The notes beneath the pieces were generated by a model, which was given only the letters and a program-made list of their open reading frames with translations, did not search any database and was not told the DNA's origin. Position numbers and translations under genes: made by a program. Shown piece by piece: positions 1-8,224 of a stretch of 64,000 nt of DNA. Source of the stretch: a virus. Taxonomy: Duplodnaviria; Caudoviricetes. Numbering within the stretch: position 1 is the stretch's first letter; each line of letters opens with the position of its first letter. Location of the stretch: the IMG/VR virus record IMGVR_UViG_3300038530_003085, positions 64,001-128,000 of that record; one strand, 5' to 3'.

Positions 1-310
1 CCTCTGCAATTAAATCAAAAATATCTTGAATCTGCTCATCGGAAAAGCCTGAGTCATTTAGAAGTTTTTGCCCAGATTTACGCAACCTATTCGATTTATC
101 TTTTCTCTTTATAGATTGATCTTTAATATCATCAAAAAAACTGACTATTCTATCATCTTGTTCAATGTAACCTGTGATTAAACTACGAAAAAACTGTGCT
201 TGTTTCATACCGTCGGTACGTAAACGCACCAACAGTTGGGCATGCCGATGATCCGTATCAGTAAAAACAATACGCTTATCGTTTCTACCGTATTTTGGCT
301 CGTCGCTCAC
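1..310 (-). CDS. Partial small protein, possible ribbon-helix-helix DNA-binding protein (3' end outside window)
   Basis: Manual translation from GTG at 310, overlapping the upstream stop as GTGA: MSDEPKYGRNDKRIVFTDTDHRHAQLLVRLRTDGMKQAQFFRSLITGYIEQ..., open to position 1. Strand-helix-G-helix pattern resembles RHH. Not in the ORF track. Confidence 0.6.
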   Translation of the reverse strand, partial: MSDEPKYGRNDKRIVFTDTDHRHAQLLVRLRTDGMKQAQFFRSLITGYIEQDDRIVSFFDDIKDQSIKRKDKSNRLRKSGQKLLNDSGFSDEQIQDIFDLIAE

Positions 311-1365
311 CACTTTCTCCCTAATATATGCGTTCTGCTCTCGCCCATTCCGGCCGGCGTCTGCTTGATTAGTTCTGCTACTGACTGAAACTCTGTGAGC
401 GTTCTAGCACCACTGTATGAGAAGCCAGAACGAATACCACGTTCTAAGTCTTGAAGAATCTTGACAACCGATCCTCTATATGGAACCCTTGCAGAAACAC
501 CCTCAAATGAAGAATAATTACCTCGCCAGCTAACTTGTGCCTCTTTTGAGGCCATACCTCGATAAGTTTTCCATCTAGAGCCATTCAAGTCTTCCTGAAT
601 CTTACCGGGACTTTCATCTGTTCCTGCCAAAAGAGAGCCGCACATAACCGCGTCAGCGCCACAGGCGAAAGCTTTTACAATATCACCAGAGTTTCTAATT
701 CCACCATCAGCGATAATTGTCACATTTCGGTCGGTTTGCGAGCAATCTAAGATGGTTTGCAGGCCCGGGACACCATGGCCCGTCTGTACCCTAGTCGAAC
801 AAATAGAACCACCACCAATGTTGCAACGAATAGAGTCAGCACCCCAATCTGCTAGATCGTTGATCCCCTCTAGTGTAGCAACATTACCAGCCATGATATG
901 AACATTACTGCCAGCCGCTTGTCGAATTTTTGTAATAGCCTCCTTCATTAAAATATGGTGGCCGTGAGCAACATCAACACATAAAAATGTTGCACCCGCA
1001 TCAATTAGCGCTGTCGCTCTTTCAACGAAGTCTCCTGAAATACCGACTGCTGCACCAATGTCAATAGACATATTATACTTTGTCTTTGCAATCTCGCAGG
1101 CCATAGATACCATACGGCATTGATTCTCGGCGCTGTTATACCTGTGAATGATAGCGGCGCCGCCAAGACGACCCAGAGAGACAGCCATAGCTGTCTCAGA
1201 AATAGTATCCATAGGTGAGGCCAGAACAGGCAGATTCAAGACCAAGCCGTTGCCTAGATCGGTTGTAGTACTGACCTCGGACCTGCTACGAATATCAGAA
1301 TATTGTGGTACCAAAAGAACATCATCATATGATAACATTTCTCTGGAATTTGTAAGTGGCATCAT
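307..1365 (-). CDS. IMP dehydrogenase/GMP reductase family enzyme without CBS domains
   Basis: LSYDDVLLVP, SPMDT, VDVAHGH, AGNVAT, catalytic loop GGGSICSTR, IIADGGI, YRGMAS. Confidence 0.92.
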   Translation of the reverse strand: MMPLTNSREMLSYDDVLLVPQYSDIRSRSEVSTTTDLGNGLVLNLPVLASPMDTISETAMAVSLGRLGGAAIIHRYNSAENQCRMVSMACEIAKTKYNMSIDIGAAVGISGDFVERATALIDAGATFLCVDVAHGHHILMKEAITKIRQAAGSNVHIMAGNVATLEGINDLADWGADSIRCNIGGGSICSTRVQTGHGVPGLQTILDCSQTDRNVTIIADGGIRNSGDIVKAFACGADAVMCGSLLAGTDESPGKIQEDLNGSRWKTYRGMASKEAQVSWRGNYSSFEGVSARVPYRGSVVKILQDLERGIRSGFSYSGARTLTEFQSVAELIKQTPAGMGESRTHILGRKW

Positions 1366-1733
1366 TTCATCTCCGTTATAAATTGTTTTATATCCCTAGA
1401 GCGATACCAAGTTTGCTCATTGGGCTTATCTGGATCTTTTAAAATCCGAACTTTAGGACTTACGTCTTCTGTATAAGTTTTCACTAGGGATATCGTTGGT
1501 ACGCCATTGAACTTTAATTGCTTTTCAATGTCGGGATAGTTGTCAACATTAAAAGCAAAAAAATGGATGTCAGAAAATTGATCATTATTCGATATATCTT
1601 CATAATAATCTTTCAAGTTATGACACAAATGACAACCATTAGAATAAAACTTAATCACACAGGTAGCATCTTCCTTGACTTCTCCGCCTAATATCTTTTT
1701 AAGGCCCTCGGTCGATAGTCTCGTTACGCTCAC
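1362..1733 (-). CDS. Thioredoxin-like protein
   Basis: IKFYSNGCHLC (CxxC) and GVPT cis-Pro motif; 123 aa. Confidence 0.85.
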   Translation of the reverse strand: MSVTRLSTEGLKKILGGEVKEDATCVIKFYSNGCHLCHNLKDYYEDISNNDQFSDIHFFAFNVDNYPDIEKQLKFNGVPTISLVKTYTEDVSPKVRILKDPDKPNEQTWYRSRDIKQFITEMK

Positions 1734-1965
1734 TTATCACCTCCCTCGTTTTTTCAATACAATCAGGACAAAACAGTCTTACAACTTCTTGCTTCACAAC
1801 GACACTCCAAGATTTTACCATCTCTTTGTCTTTCTTGTCAAACTCTTTCTCACAAGCATTACAAGATTGAGGTAGTTGGCCAAATAGTGCGACCTTGTTA
1901 GCCATTGCATCTGTGGCCTTTTTACCTGCATGCTTTTTCATTGCTCTACGTTGCTGGCGATTCAC
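1699..1965 (-). CDS. Hypothetical protein with CxxC...CxxC zinc finger
   Basis: CNAC and CPDC; basic MNRQQRR N-terminus; overlaps both neighbours. Confidence 0.7.
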   Translation of the reverse strand: MNRQQRRAMKKHAGKKATDAMANKVALFGQLPQSCNACEKEFDKKDKEMVKSWSVVVKQEVVRLFCPDCIEKTREVISERNETIDRGP

Positions 1966-2318
1966 TTCTTACCCTTTTTCTTTTTCTGGTGAGCTTGTGA
2001 ATTTCTGAATGTTTTTGACTCTTTTTCAAGATATTCTTCAGTAATAAAACCTTCATTTTTTTCTTCAGGAATCTGCTCCTCTTCGGGCTCTTCTTCCGGT
2101 TCTTCTTCAACTGCAGCAGAATCAATAATGTCTTGCTTGTAGCCCCTCAAAGTGAGCAGGGCGCCTTCATATTGAGCCAATTTCATACTAAGCTGGGCAA
2201 CCTTATCTACGTCGCCTTCCTGTTGCTCTCGTCTGTATATATCTTTTATCATTCCATAGGTCTCAATCACAAACGATTGAAGTCTAAGTATAGATGCATT
2301 TAATCCTTCTTCAGTCAT
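1962..2318 (-). CDS. Hypothetical protein
   Basis: AGGAG Shine-Dalgarno upstream; acidic linker and basic tail. Confidence 0.7.
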   Translation of the reverse strand: MTEEGLNASILRLQSFVIETYGMIKDIYRREQQEGDVDKVAQLSMKLAQYEGALLTLRGYKQDIIDSAAVEEEPEEEPEEEQIPEEKNEGFITEEYLEKESKTFRNSQAHQKKKKGKK

Positions 2319-2327
2319 AATAATCTC

Positions 2328-2801
2328 CTATCTGTTAATGCCTTCGACTCTCCACGGCCCAGACTTGCCATTGAATACTACAACGGCAGATGGAAATGGT
2401 GCGGAGTTGTCGCTATCACCGAATTTAAGTCTACCTCTAACAAAATAAATCTCTGATGCCTTCATTACATAGTTATGCCAATACTTTGTATCTGTACGTG
2501 CTGGAATAAGCATCACAACTTTAGTGTCAGGCTCTAACGCTGACTCGTAAGCTTTCTTAATCCACTTATCAATACCTCGCCCATATGGTGGGTTTACAAA
2601 AACATTGTTACCAGTCCAATCTTTATCAAGACCATTCTCTTCTTCAGTAAAGTACTTATCACATTTAGCGTTACTGTGACTAGCACAAGGGTCAAGATCA
2701 AAAGGGCCAAATCTCCAATCCAATTTTAAAAAGAAATCGTGTGGTGTTGCCCAGTTACCTGTTTTTGAACTAAACATAACAACTTGTGTATTCTTATCCA
2801 T
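2328..2801 (-). CDS. Phage N6-adenine DNA methyltransferase (phage Dam family)
   Basis: WATP, LDPCA, VFVNPPYG, LIPARTDT, GRLKF, APFPS motifs. Confidence 0.9.
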   Translation of the reverse strand: MDKNTQVVMFSSKTGNWATPHDFFLKLDWRFGPFDLDPCASHSNAKCDKYFTEEENGLDKDWTGNNVFVNPPYGRGIDKWIKKAYESALEPDTKVVMLIPARTDTKYWHNYVMKASEIYFVRGRLKFGDSDNSAPFPSAVVVFNGKSGPWRVEGINR

Positions 2802-3669
2802 TTTTTATTCTCTCCATAGATTTAATATAATATGTTTCATCCATCTCGCAACCAATAAAGTTACGATTATTTCTCATCGCAGCAATTGCAGTGGTGGCAG
2901 AGCCGGCAAAGCAATCTAATACAGTATCACCCTCATTCGAGTGTTTCTTGATCAAATCCTCGAACAGTGGTAGACTTTTCTGTGTAGGGTGAAAGCGATC
3001 TTTACCGCCCTGCAATGGGTATTCGTATACCCCCTTGTCATACTTACTATTGAATGTGGGCTTAGATTTTTTAATGCCGAGTAACGCAATCTCTCTACAG
3101 TTTGTAAGATAATTAACTTTGCTGTTGATCGGTTGCGGGTTTGTTTTCAACCACTCAATCATTCTTATTTGCTTAAACTTCTCGCCCTCAAGCATGTCCT
3201 TGAGGTTGGTAATCTTCCACAAATCAAAAAACATAATACACGTGCCACCGGGACGAAGAATGCGATAAAAATGCTTTACAAATAGCTCAAGCTGCTCCAT
3301 CGTAAATTCTGAATCCCATTTACCGTAGTTGGTTTTAACAGCATATTTTTTACCATAGATGCTACCATACTTAAGAAAGTCTGCTTTCATTTTCTTCAAG
3401 GCATTTGGACGCTTTAATACATCAACATTTGAGTTTTCAAACCACTGATTCCATTGTTCAGTGGTCTTATACTCATTCCAATCCTTCTCAGTCATTACAT
3501 TGACGGAGCCAGATGTATCTTGTTTAGCGATATGATTAACCCACTTGTCCATACCTGAATCACGCGATGTGATATAAGGCGGGTCTGTCAAGATTAGATC
3601 TACAGAGTTATCGGGTATATCCGACAGAAACTGTAGACCTTCTTGATGTTTAAAGACTATACTGTTCAT
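2794..3669 (-). CDS. N4/N6 DNA methyltransferase (beta-type motif order)
   Basis: LILTDPPY near the N-terminus, HPTQKS, VLDCFAGSATT (FxGxG-like) near the C-terminus. Confidence 0.9.
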   Translation of the reverse strand: MNSIVFKHQEGLQFLSDIPDNSVDLILTDPPYITSRDSGMDKWVNHIAKQDTSGSVNVMTEKDWNEYKTTEQWNQWFENSNVDVLKRPNALKKMKADFLKYGSIYGKKYAVKTNYGKWDSEFTMEQLELFVKHFYRILRPGGTCIMFFDLWKITNLKDMLEGEKFKQIRMIEWLKTNPQPINSKVNYLTNCREIALLGIKKSKPTFNSKYDKGVYEYPLQGGKDRFHPTQKSLPLFEDLIKKHSNEGDTVLDCFAGSATTAIAAMRNNRNFIGCEMDETYYIKSMERIKNG

Positions 3670-4637
3670 GGTGTGGTTTTAAGTTGGTACATATTTTCTT
3701 TGTTTGTGCCACTCTTAATTTGTGGCGCAAAGTATACATTAATGTTCCAGCCATAATGCTTAGATACTTTCTTTGCCCAATCAAGAACCTTTTGTCTTTC
3801 AGCTTTTAGCTTAGCATCATTCTTGCCAGCCATATTACCCACACAATATATTAATGTATAAGTGATGTTTAAATTATCCATAGCCTTAGACGCGATGAAA
3901 CCAATAACATTTGGATTTGTATGACTCAAGTTCATAAAAGGGAAGACTGCCTCGCCGCTTGAGATCTCGCCCACCTTTGTGCCTGAAAAGTTATGCAGTG
4001 TCTTGTACATTTCAAAAAGCTGCTTCTTAGTGTATGTTTCATATCGCACACCAATGTGTCCTTTAAGGGAACCCTCAATAGAGCGAACCCACCAATCTTT
4101 TTCCTTTCCAGCGTTGGGCAGTTTCTTCCGATAAATATCTACAGCCTGTTCGATATATTTGTCTTCGTTTCCAGTGTAGGCAAATCCAACCTTTAAAGTC
4201 ATCGCCCCAGACGATTGCTGACGACAAAGATAATCTTTAATATCTTGTGAAGCGTTAGGTGAGCTTTTAGGGTGATCGTTAAATTGCAACTGCAGATCTT
4301 CCCACTCATCAGGAGTAGGAGTAAGCTGAGTATCATGATACCAGCTAACCCATAAATGTGTTCCGGCAGCCTCTGCGGCTAAAGCTCGTGTATTTCCATC
4401 TTTTAGCTCATATTCTCCACCCGGCAGCTTGCGGACTGATGCAGGAGGAAATGCTTTAGGACCATCTTGTCGAAAGGTGGCCGTATAAGCAGGAATTTTA
4501 CTCGTCATATGACCAGCAGATCTAATTTGTGATTTGCTTTTACTATACTTTAGTGAACTTGTGGGTACAAGTTGTGTGTATAGGATGTCAAAATTAGAAA
4601 TCTTACCTTTAAGATCATCGTAAATTTGTTCTCTCAT
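3666..4637 (-). CDS. Hypothetical protein with ParB/Srx-like N-terminal motif
   Basis: PPASVR...YELKDGNTRALAA resembles the ParB-N DGxxR motif. Confidence 0.5.
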   Translation of the reverse strand: MREQIYDDLKGKISNFDILYTQLVPTSSLKYSKSKSQIRSAGHMTSKIPAYTATFRQDGPKAFPPASVRKLPGGEYELKDGNTRALAAEAAGTHLWVSWYHDTQLTPTPDEWEDLQLQFNDHPKSSPNASQDIKDYLCRQQSSGAMTLKVGFAYTGNEDKYIEQAVDIYRKKLPNAGKEKDWWVRSIEGSLKGHIGVRYETYTKKQLFEMYKTLHNFSGTKVGEISSGEAVFPFMNLSHTNPNVIGFIASKAMDNLNITYTLIYCVGNMAGKNDAKLKAERQKVLDWAKKVSKHYGWNINVYFAPQIKSGTNKENMYQLKTTP

Positions 4638-4638
4638 T

Positions 4639-5133
4639 TTAAATTACCTTTGTCCCATATTGTTGAATTTCAGACCACGTAATGTTTGCGCTTAGACGTG
4701 GATCTTTTTTATCTAAGACAGTATCGTATTTTTGCTCAAGCTTCGGCAGCAAGATATTGTAGACATCAATGCCGCTCATTTTCCAAGACTCAACAAGCTT
4801 GCCGTCTTTAAACCTATTATAATAGTGTTCAGGGTATTTTGCAAGCTTTTCTTCAAATAAATATCGCTTTTGTTCTTGCCAAGATGACTGAACTGAGATG
4901 CCAGTATAAGAACCTTTACACTTACTTGAAATAGTAGACTTGTATTCTACCTCCTGACCCTCTGCATTGACAGCATCGGCACCAGAAAATGTGTCGGCAA
5001 CCGTATGTCCTAGAACTGTAGCTGCATAGATTTCTTTGCTACGTGCGTAACTAAAAGGATCGCCCCACCCTTCCTCTTTGCAGACTTGTGCCAATTCCTC
5101 ATAAAGCATTTGATAACGTTGCTCAGGACTCAT
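4639..5133 (-). CDS. PD-(D/E)xK restriction-endonuclease-like protein
   Basis: KEIYAA...SGADAVNAEGQEVEYKS fits E...D-x(n)-ExK; start re-called at ATG 5133, which overlaps the dut 3' end. Confidence 0.55.
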   Translation of the reverse strand: MSPEQRYQMLYEELAQVCKEEGWGDPFSYARSKEIYAATVLGHTVADTFSGADAVNAEGQEVEYKSTISSKCKGSYTGISVQSSWQEQKRYLFEEKLAKYPEHYYNRFKDGKLVESWKMSGIDVYNILLPKLEQKYDTVLDKKDPRLSANITWSEIQQYGTKVI

Positions 5134-5584
5134 CAGTGCTCCCCAAGGCTCCATCACCTCTATCGCTAATAGTAATCGCACTACGATACAAATCACCTGA
5201 TGTACTGTGTACGGCCCTAAAATTTACAACTGGAATCATTACAACTTGTGCAATCTTGTCGCCTGACTGTAAAAACTGTGGGCTTTTTCCGACGTTGTGT
5301 AGATTGATAAAGACCTCTCCATCATATCCAGAATCAATAACACAAGCACCAACAAGCAATGAGCGCTTAGAAGCCACAGAGCTTCGATTCTTTACCTCCA
5401 GCATATACCCGTGTGGAATACCGAATCGCAGTCCTGTAGGGATAATGCGACTTTCACCGGGATTTACTGATATTGCTTGTCCTTCGTTTACTGGTGAATA
5501 AAAAACATCAAGCCCTGCGTCAGAAGGATTGGCCCTCTGTGGATCGTGTGCATCAGGACGTGTACGGGCATACTCAATTATCAT
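5123..5584 (-). CDS. dut: Trimeric dUTPase
   Basis: DAGLDV, NRSS, VIDSGYDGE, GDKIAQ, RGDGALGST motifs; GGAGG SD before ATG 5584. Confidence 0.95.
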   Translation of the reverse strand: MIIEYARTRPDAHDPQRANPSDAGLDVFYSPVNEGQAISVNPGESRIIPTGLRFGIPHGYMLEVKNRSSVASKRSLLVGACVIDSGYDGEVFINLHNVGKSPQFLQSGDKIAQVVMIPVVNFRAVHSTSGDLYRSAITISDRGDGALGSTDES

Positions 5585-5825
5585 TTTGACCTCCCCTAAA
5601 CATGTTAAAGTTTTCAACGACTTCATCAATGTCCACGTTATCCTTAAAAAGACGGTATGCCTTCACAGCAGCACGAATTTCGTCAGTGCTAAGCCAGCCA
5701 TTCTCCCTAAATTCAGCTCGGAGTTCGCGCTTTTGTTCTTTGTAAGGCTCCATTGCTTCTTCAATTGCCACAAGGGAACGGATATATTCTTTAACGTATT
5801 GCATACGTTGGTCTTCGTTTGACAC
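5574..5825 (-). CDS. Small dsDNA-binding protein, GapR/T4 DsbA-like coiled coil
   Basis: VKEYIRSLVAIEEAMEPYKEQKRELRAEFRENGW...IRAAVKAYRL pattern; AGGAGG SD. Confidence 0.55.
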   Translation of the reverse strand: MSNEDQRMQYVKEYIRSLVAIEEAMEPYKEQKRELRAEFRENGWLSTDEIRAAVKAYRLFKDNVDIDEVVENFNMFRGGQNDN

Positions 5826-5848
5826 TTTTACCTCCTAAGTGTACCTAA

Positions 5849-5877
5849 ATTATAATCAGTATTGACGGGGAAGTCAA
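5849..5877 (-). promoter_or_regulatory. Sigma70-type promoter TTGACT-17-TATAAT
   Basis: Minus strand TTGACT(5877-5872), 17 nt, TATAAT(5854-5849), upstream of the 5825 gene. Confidence 0.8.
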
Positions 5878-6860
5878 ATAGTTTTTGGGGATGCAGAGAA
5901 GAAAATTTCATCTACACATTCTGGGGCATTGTCGGTGATAAATTTCATAAAGCCGTCTTCACCATCAGCAAAGAAAGCGTCTGGATTTTTCATACCCCAA
6001 CTTTTAACTTCACGTAGTACATCAACTTTATTAAAGATCAGCTTGTTTACTCCATTCATACGAATAGCTCTAGTAAGTTTCTCAAAGTCAAGCCAGTTAC
6101 ATTGCCGAACGCGGCCGGTCGTTGCACCAAATTCTGAACCTGCTTTTTGAATAGTCTCAAATATTTTGTCTTCTGGCTGAAATTTTTTCATTCCAACATA
6201 AGTTTCGTAAACTTTTGCAACACCCCACACATTACGAATTGATCGAGGATCAATCCCATTATTGATGGCTGCACCAACACCACAGTTGCTACTTGTCACA
6301 AATGGGTAATCACCCCAATCCACATCAAGCCAAAAGCCTTGGGCCCCTTCCATTAGAATAACTGATTCCTCACCACCGTATAATTCTTCTTGCATATCCA
6401 CAATAAAAGGAGCTAGCAGCGGTACGTTCTCGGCACGAACACCTGATCTGTGAAACTTATCTCTATACGCAGGACCATTACCAGACTTAGTGGTGCCAAT
6501 CTTATAGTCTTTAGAATCTTCGGTTACGTGTTCTTTAGTAATAATATGAGCGTTTCTAGCAATCTTAACATTGTTCTCAATGTCAATCCCGTTTTCTGCT
6601 AGATAGTTTAGCTCTTTAAGAAACTTGTCAATGTTAACCACACATCCGGGCCCAATGATCGCCGGGATCCCAAAGAATACCGATGCTGGAATATGGTGGG
6701 TAACAAATTTCTTATCGTTGTGAAAGATAGTGTGGCCCGCGTTACACCCACCGTTAAAGCGTATGCAATGTGTGTAGTCGCCATTCTTAAGTAAATGATG
6801 AGTTACCTTTCCTTTACCCTCATCACCGTGCTGTATGCCCAAAACAATATCTGTAATCAA
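5874..6860 (-). CDS. purA: Adenylosuccinate synthetase (short form)
   Basis: GDEGKGK, GGCNAGHT, IGTTKSGNGP, EGAQG, YPFVTSS, EFGATTGRVR, NKVD; TTG start with GGAGG SD. Confidence 0.93.
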   Translation of the reverse strand: MITDIVLGIQHGDEGKGKVTHHLLKNGDYTHCIRFNGGCNAGHTIFHNDKKFVTHHIPASVFFGIPAIIGPGCVVNIDKFLKELNYLAENGIDIENNVKIARNAHIITKEHVTEDSKDYKIGTTKSGNGPAYRDKFHRSGVRAENVPLLAPFIVDMQEELYGGEESVILMEGAQGFWLDVDWGDYPFVTSSNCGVGAAINNGIDPRSIRNVWGVAKVYETYVGMKKFQPEDKIFETIQKAGSEFGATTGRVRQCNWLDFEKLTRAIRMNGVNKLIFNKVDVLREVKSWGMKNPDAFFADGEDGFMKFITDNAPECVDEIFFSASPKTI

Positions 6861-6868
6861 GTTGCCTC

Positions 6869-7582
6869 CTAAACGTTTATATTGAAAAGATGTTTGATAA
6901 ACTTACGAATCAGATTGTCTTTCTGTTCATCAGTTTCGCATTCAGAGAATGAATAATTATATGTTGTTTTCTTTTTGCTAACTTGTTCTTTCATCATTTT
7001 TAGTTCTTTTTTCATCCAGCGGATTTGCTGTTTATAATTTTTAGGACTCTTAATTTTAAACTTGGAAGCTAAATCAAGCAACACAAAATATTTTCTTTCA
7101 TCTAAAGCTTCTTTAGCTTTATTGAACATATCAATCATATCATCACGTTCTTCAGTTGTCAAGGAAGAACTAAGCTTATCTGGATGTAATTTTAATGCCA
7201 ACGCTCGAAAGAGCTTCACAAATGACTCGTGCATCTCAAGCTCTTCTTGAGTCATCTCATATTCAGTTTGTTTATTATTGTTCGGTGAATTTGCAAATGT
7301 TGAAGGTAAATTTTCGTTATCGTGTTCGGGGTCAATATCTATTACTTTTTGCTCGTCAGTTTCTTTGTCTTCATTTATTGAATAGAGTTCCGTAATCTTA
7401 TCGTGATTTTCTCTATTCAATTTATCGATATCGATATTGTTTCTTCTACAAAATTCCTCGTAATAAGCTTGAAAGTGCTTATTATACTCGTAAATTATAG
7501 AGTCTACTAACTCAGCTTCTTCATTTAAAAATGTCAACTCGTTAATAAGTCTTTTCCATCTTATGATATCAATATTTGACAC
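6869..7582 (-). CDS. J-domain (DnaJ-like) protein
   Basis: FRALALKLHPDK with the HPD motif, then a helix ...FNKAKEAL. Confidence 0.7.
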   Translation of the reverse strand: MSNIDIIRWKRLINELTFLNEEAELVDSIIYEYNKHFQAYYEEFCRRNNIDIDKLNRENHDKITELYSINEDKETDEQKVIDIDPEHDNENLPSTFANSPNNNKQTEYEMTQEELEMHESFVKLFRALALKLHPDKLSSSLTTEERDDMIDMFNKAKEALDERKYFVLLDLASKFKIKSPKNYKQQIRWMKKELKMMKEQVSKKKTTYNYSFSECETDEQKDNLIRKFIKHLFNINV

Positions 7583-7616
7583 TTGTTAGCCCTCATATAT
7601 AAGTAGAGCTAAGTGA

Positions 7617-8219
7617 TTAATGAAGTCCAAATTCAACCTTGATAGATACACTAAAGTCTGGGACGTAGCTGTGATTAGCTAAATTATGCTTCAGGCACTC
7701 GTCATGCTCTAAAAACCAATCAGAATGCCCCTTATCGTGCACAATATCGAGAAAATAGTCTGAGTGATGACCGCAGTTTTCCGCCATCATATGATATATC
7801 TTCGTATTAAGACGATCAGTTTCCTCAGCAGATGCTTTAATCTCTTCGACTTTGCCCCAGCCCATAGAACTAACATCATGAATCATAAGCGTCGAATCAG
7901 GATCCATATATCTATGACCTTCAGCACCAAAACTAAACAATATAGCACCGCAAGACATCGCCTTGCCTTGAACTATTGTTGCCACTGGAACTTTGGAGTG
8001 TTTGATATCGGATATCATTGACATCAAACTATAAACTTGACCACCATAACTGTCGATAATAACTGGTATTATGTTCTGGCCTGTGTTTTGAGCCTTCATA
8101 ATTGCTGTTGAAAAAGCTTTTGCTGTGGCTTCGTCGAATTTATTAATCCTAACAATGACAGGTTCATTTTTTAGCTCTGGCTCTTTGAGAAGCGGGCTAT
8201 AATATCTCATTACGTTCAT
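7617..8219 (-). CDS. clpP: ClpP-like serine protease
   Basis: IDSYGGQV, AMSCGA (Ser), MIHD (His), HSDWFL (Asp). Confidence 0.85.
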   Translation of the reverse strand: MNVMRYYSPLLKEPELKNEPVIVRINKFDEATAKAFSTAIMKAQNTGQNIIPVIIDSYGGQVYSLMSMISDIKHSKVPVATIVQGKAMSCGAILFSFGAEGHRYMDPDSTLMIHDVSSMGWGKVEEIKASAEETDRLNTKIYHMMAENCGHHSDYFLDIVHDKGHSDWFLEHDECLKHNLANHSYVPDFSVSIKVEFGLH

Positions 8220-8224
8220 ATTTT

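Noticed and set aside
5874-6860. PurZ / 2-aminoadenine (Z-genome) pathway
   Set aside because: The motif is GDEGKG with the catalytic Asp of PurA, not the GSTGKG of PurZ, and I recognised no DatZ or MazZ in the window
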